IMG/VR virus record: IMGVR_UViG_3300049927_000072
Span: 11,885-75,884 of that record
Strand: one strand, 5' to 3'
Origin: a virus
DNA length: 64,000 nt
A model generated the notes under the pieces. It did no database searches. It saw only the letters and a program-made list of their open reading frames with translations, and was not told the origin of the DNA. Made by a program: the position numbers and the translations under genes. This document shows, piece by piece, positions 63,464 to 64,000 of this stretch. Positions within the stretch are counted from its first letter, which is position 1, and every line of letters begins with the position of its first letter.

Positions 63464-63536
63464 CGTGGTAGTCCTTTTATGGGGCGATACGCCCTCTGAG
63501 TTCGGCCCGATACGGGCACGAACGGACACTACCACG
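63464..63536 (-). promoter_or_regulatory. structured leader sequestering the DUF932 RBS
   Basis: outer stem CGTGGTAGTCC/GGAC..TACCACG enclosing two hairpins that share CGATACG. Confidence 0.5.
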
Positions 63537-63815
63537 GGGCGCGGGCCGGGCAAGGCATTTCGGTGCACTTGGTTAATAGGGGGTAAAGGTCGCCACCGGG
63601 AGCCCAATGGAACGATATTCCCGGGCCAGAGTTAGCTCAAATGGCCCGCCTGCGGCCCATGAGGCCCGGCAGCGCCTAAAACCGCTGTACGGGCTTCTGT
63701 GGCCTTTTTCGCTCCGCCGCTATGTATAATGAGTGGGGTAGGCTTGCCGGTCCCAGTTTCTACCCGGCCTTGCGAGGGCGGACCCTTACGGCACCGCTCG
63801 CCTCCCCTAGTTCCT

Positions 63816-63968
63816 CTAAGCACCGAACCATGCCGGGTGCAAGGTGATCGCGGCAATGGTGCAAGCGAAAATCAAAATGATAATGATGCAGATTTGCAGC
63901 CCTGTCAGGTCGTCCAGCGGCTCGTCGTCATAGTCATTGTCGTTCGGCGGGATCGGATAGCTCGGCAT
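63816..63968 (-). CDS. 50-aa membrane protein
   Basis: manual translation MPSYPIPPNDNDYDDEPLDDLTGLQICIIIILIFACTIAAITLHPAWFGA; G-rich RBS. Confidence 0.55.
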   Translation of the reverse strand: MPSYPIPPNDNDYDDEPLDDLTGLQICIIIILIFACTIAAITLHPAWFGA

Positions 63969-64000
63969 TGATTGCCCCCCCCAGTGTGCCGAGAATGTTC

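Noticed and set aside
63721-63785. Twister ribozyme-like GCCGGTCCCA...CCGGC...GAGGG
   Set aside because: Lacks the conserved AAGC loop and a convincing P1/P2 arrangement.
1-64000. tRNA genes, integrase/att, introns or inteins
   Set aside because: No cloverleaf with a T-loop was recognised, no recombinase motifs were seen, and terL, RtcB and the primase are uninterrupted and of normal size; tRNAscan-SE would be the definitive check.

Overview
A 64 kb segment of a tailed dsDNA phage genome (siphovirus-type tail, about 58-60% GC by eye). The host is probably an alphaproteobacterium (Hyphomicrobiales-like), given the apparent absence of GANTC and the CtrA-type TTAA boxes. Layout: (1) minus-strand small genes, 57-6407; (2) a primase-polymerase/NTPase followed by a ~1.1 kb repeat-rich origin/control region, 6507-9843; (3) plus-strand early genes, 9844-23194, including an HNH nuclease, a CHAP-like protein, RtcB and an ArfA-like peptide; (4) a late region marked by a recurrent CCSGTTGC-N19-TAA promoter, 23500-58579, holding a cassette of small proteins, terminase, portal, split MuF, scaffold, major capsid, neck/tail genes, a sugar-modification cluster and lysis genes; (5) minus-strand nucleotide-metabolism/recombination genes, 58589-63968. 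No integrase, DNA polymerase, tRNA or CRISPR is visible, so the genome extends beyond the window. The best candidate for an undescribed system is an array of five small late genes that share an N-terminal MKD(A/E)(Q/R)GHGS(D/E) leader fused to unrelated cargo domains, probably a capsid-targeting/ejection tag. Other notable items are a scaffold C-terminal motif grafted onto a duplicated three-gene appendage module, AUG(G)-loop hairpins before terS, scaffold and capsid, several structured-RNA candidates and a putative virion glycosylation cluster. Family assignments come from motif recognition, not database searches.
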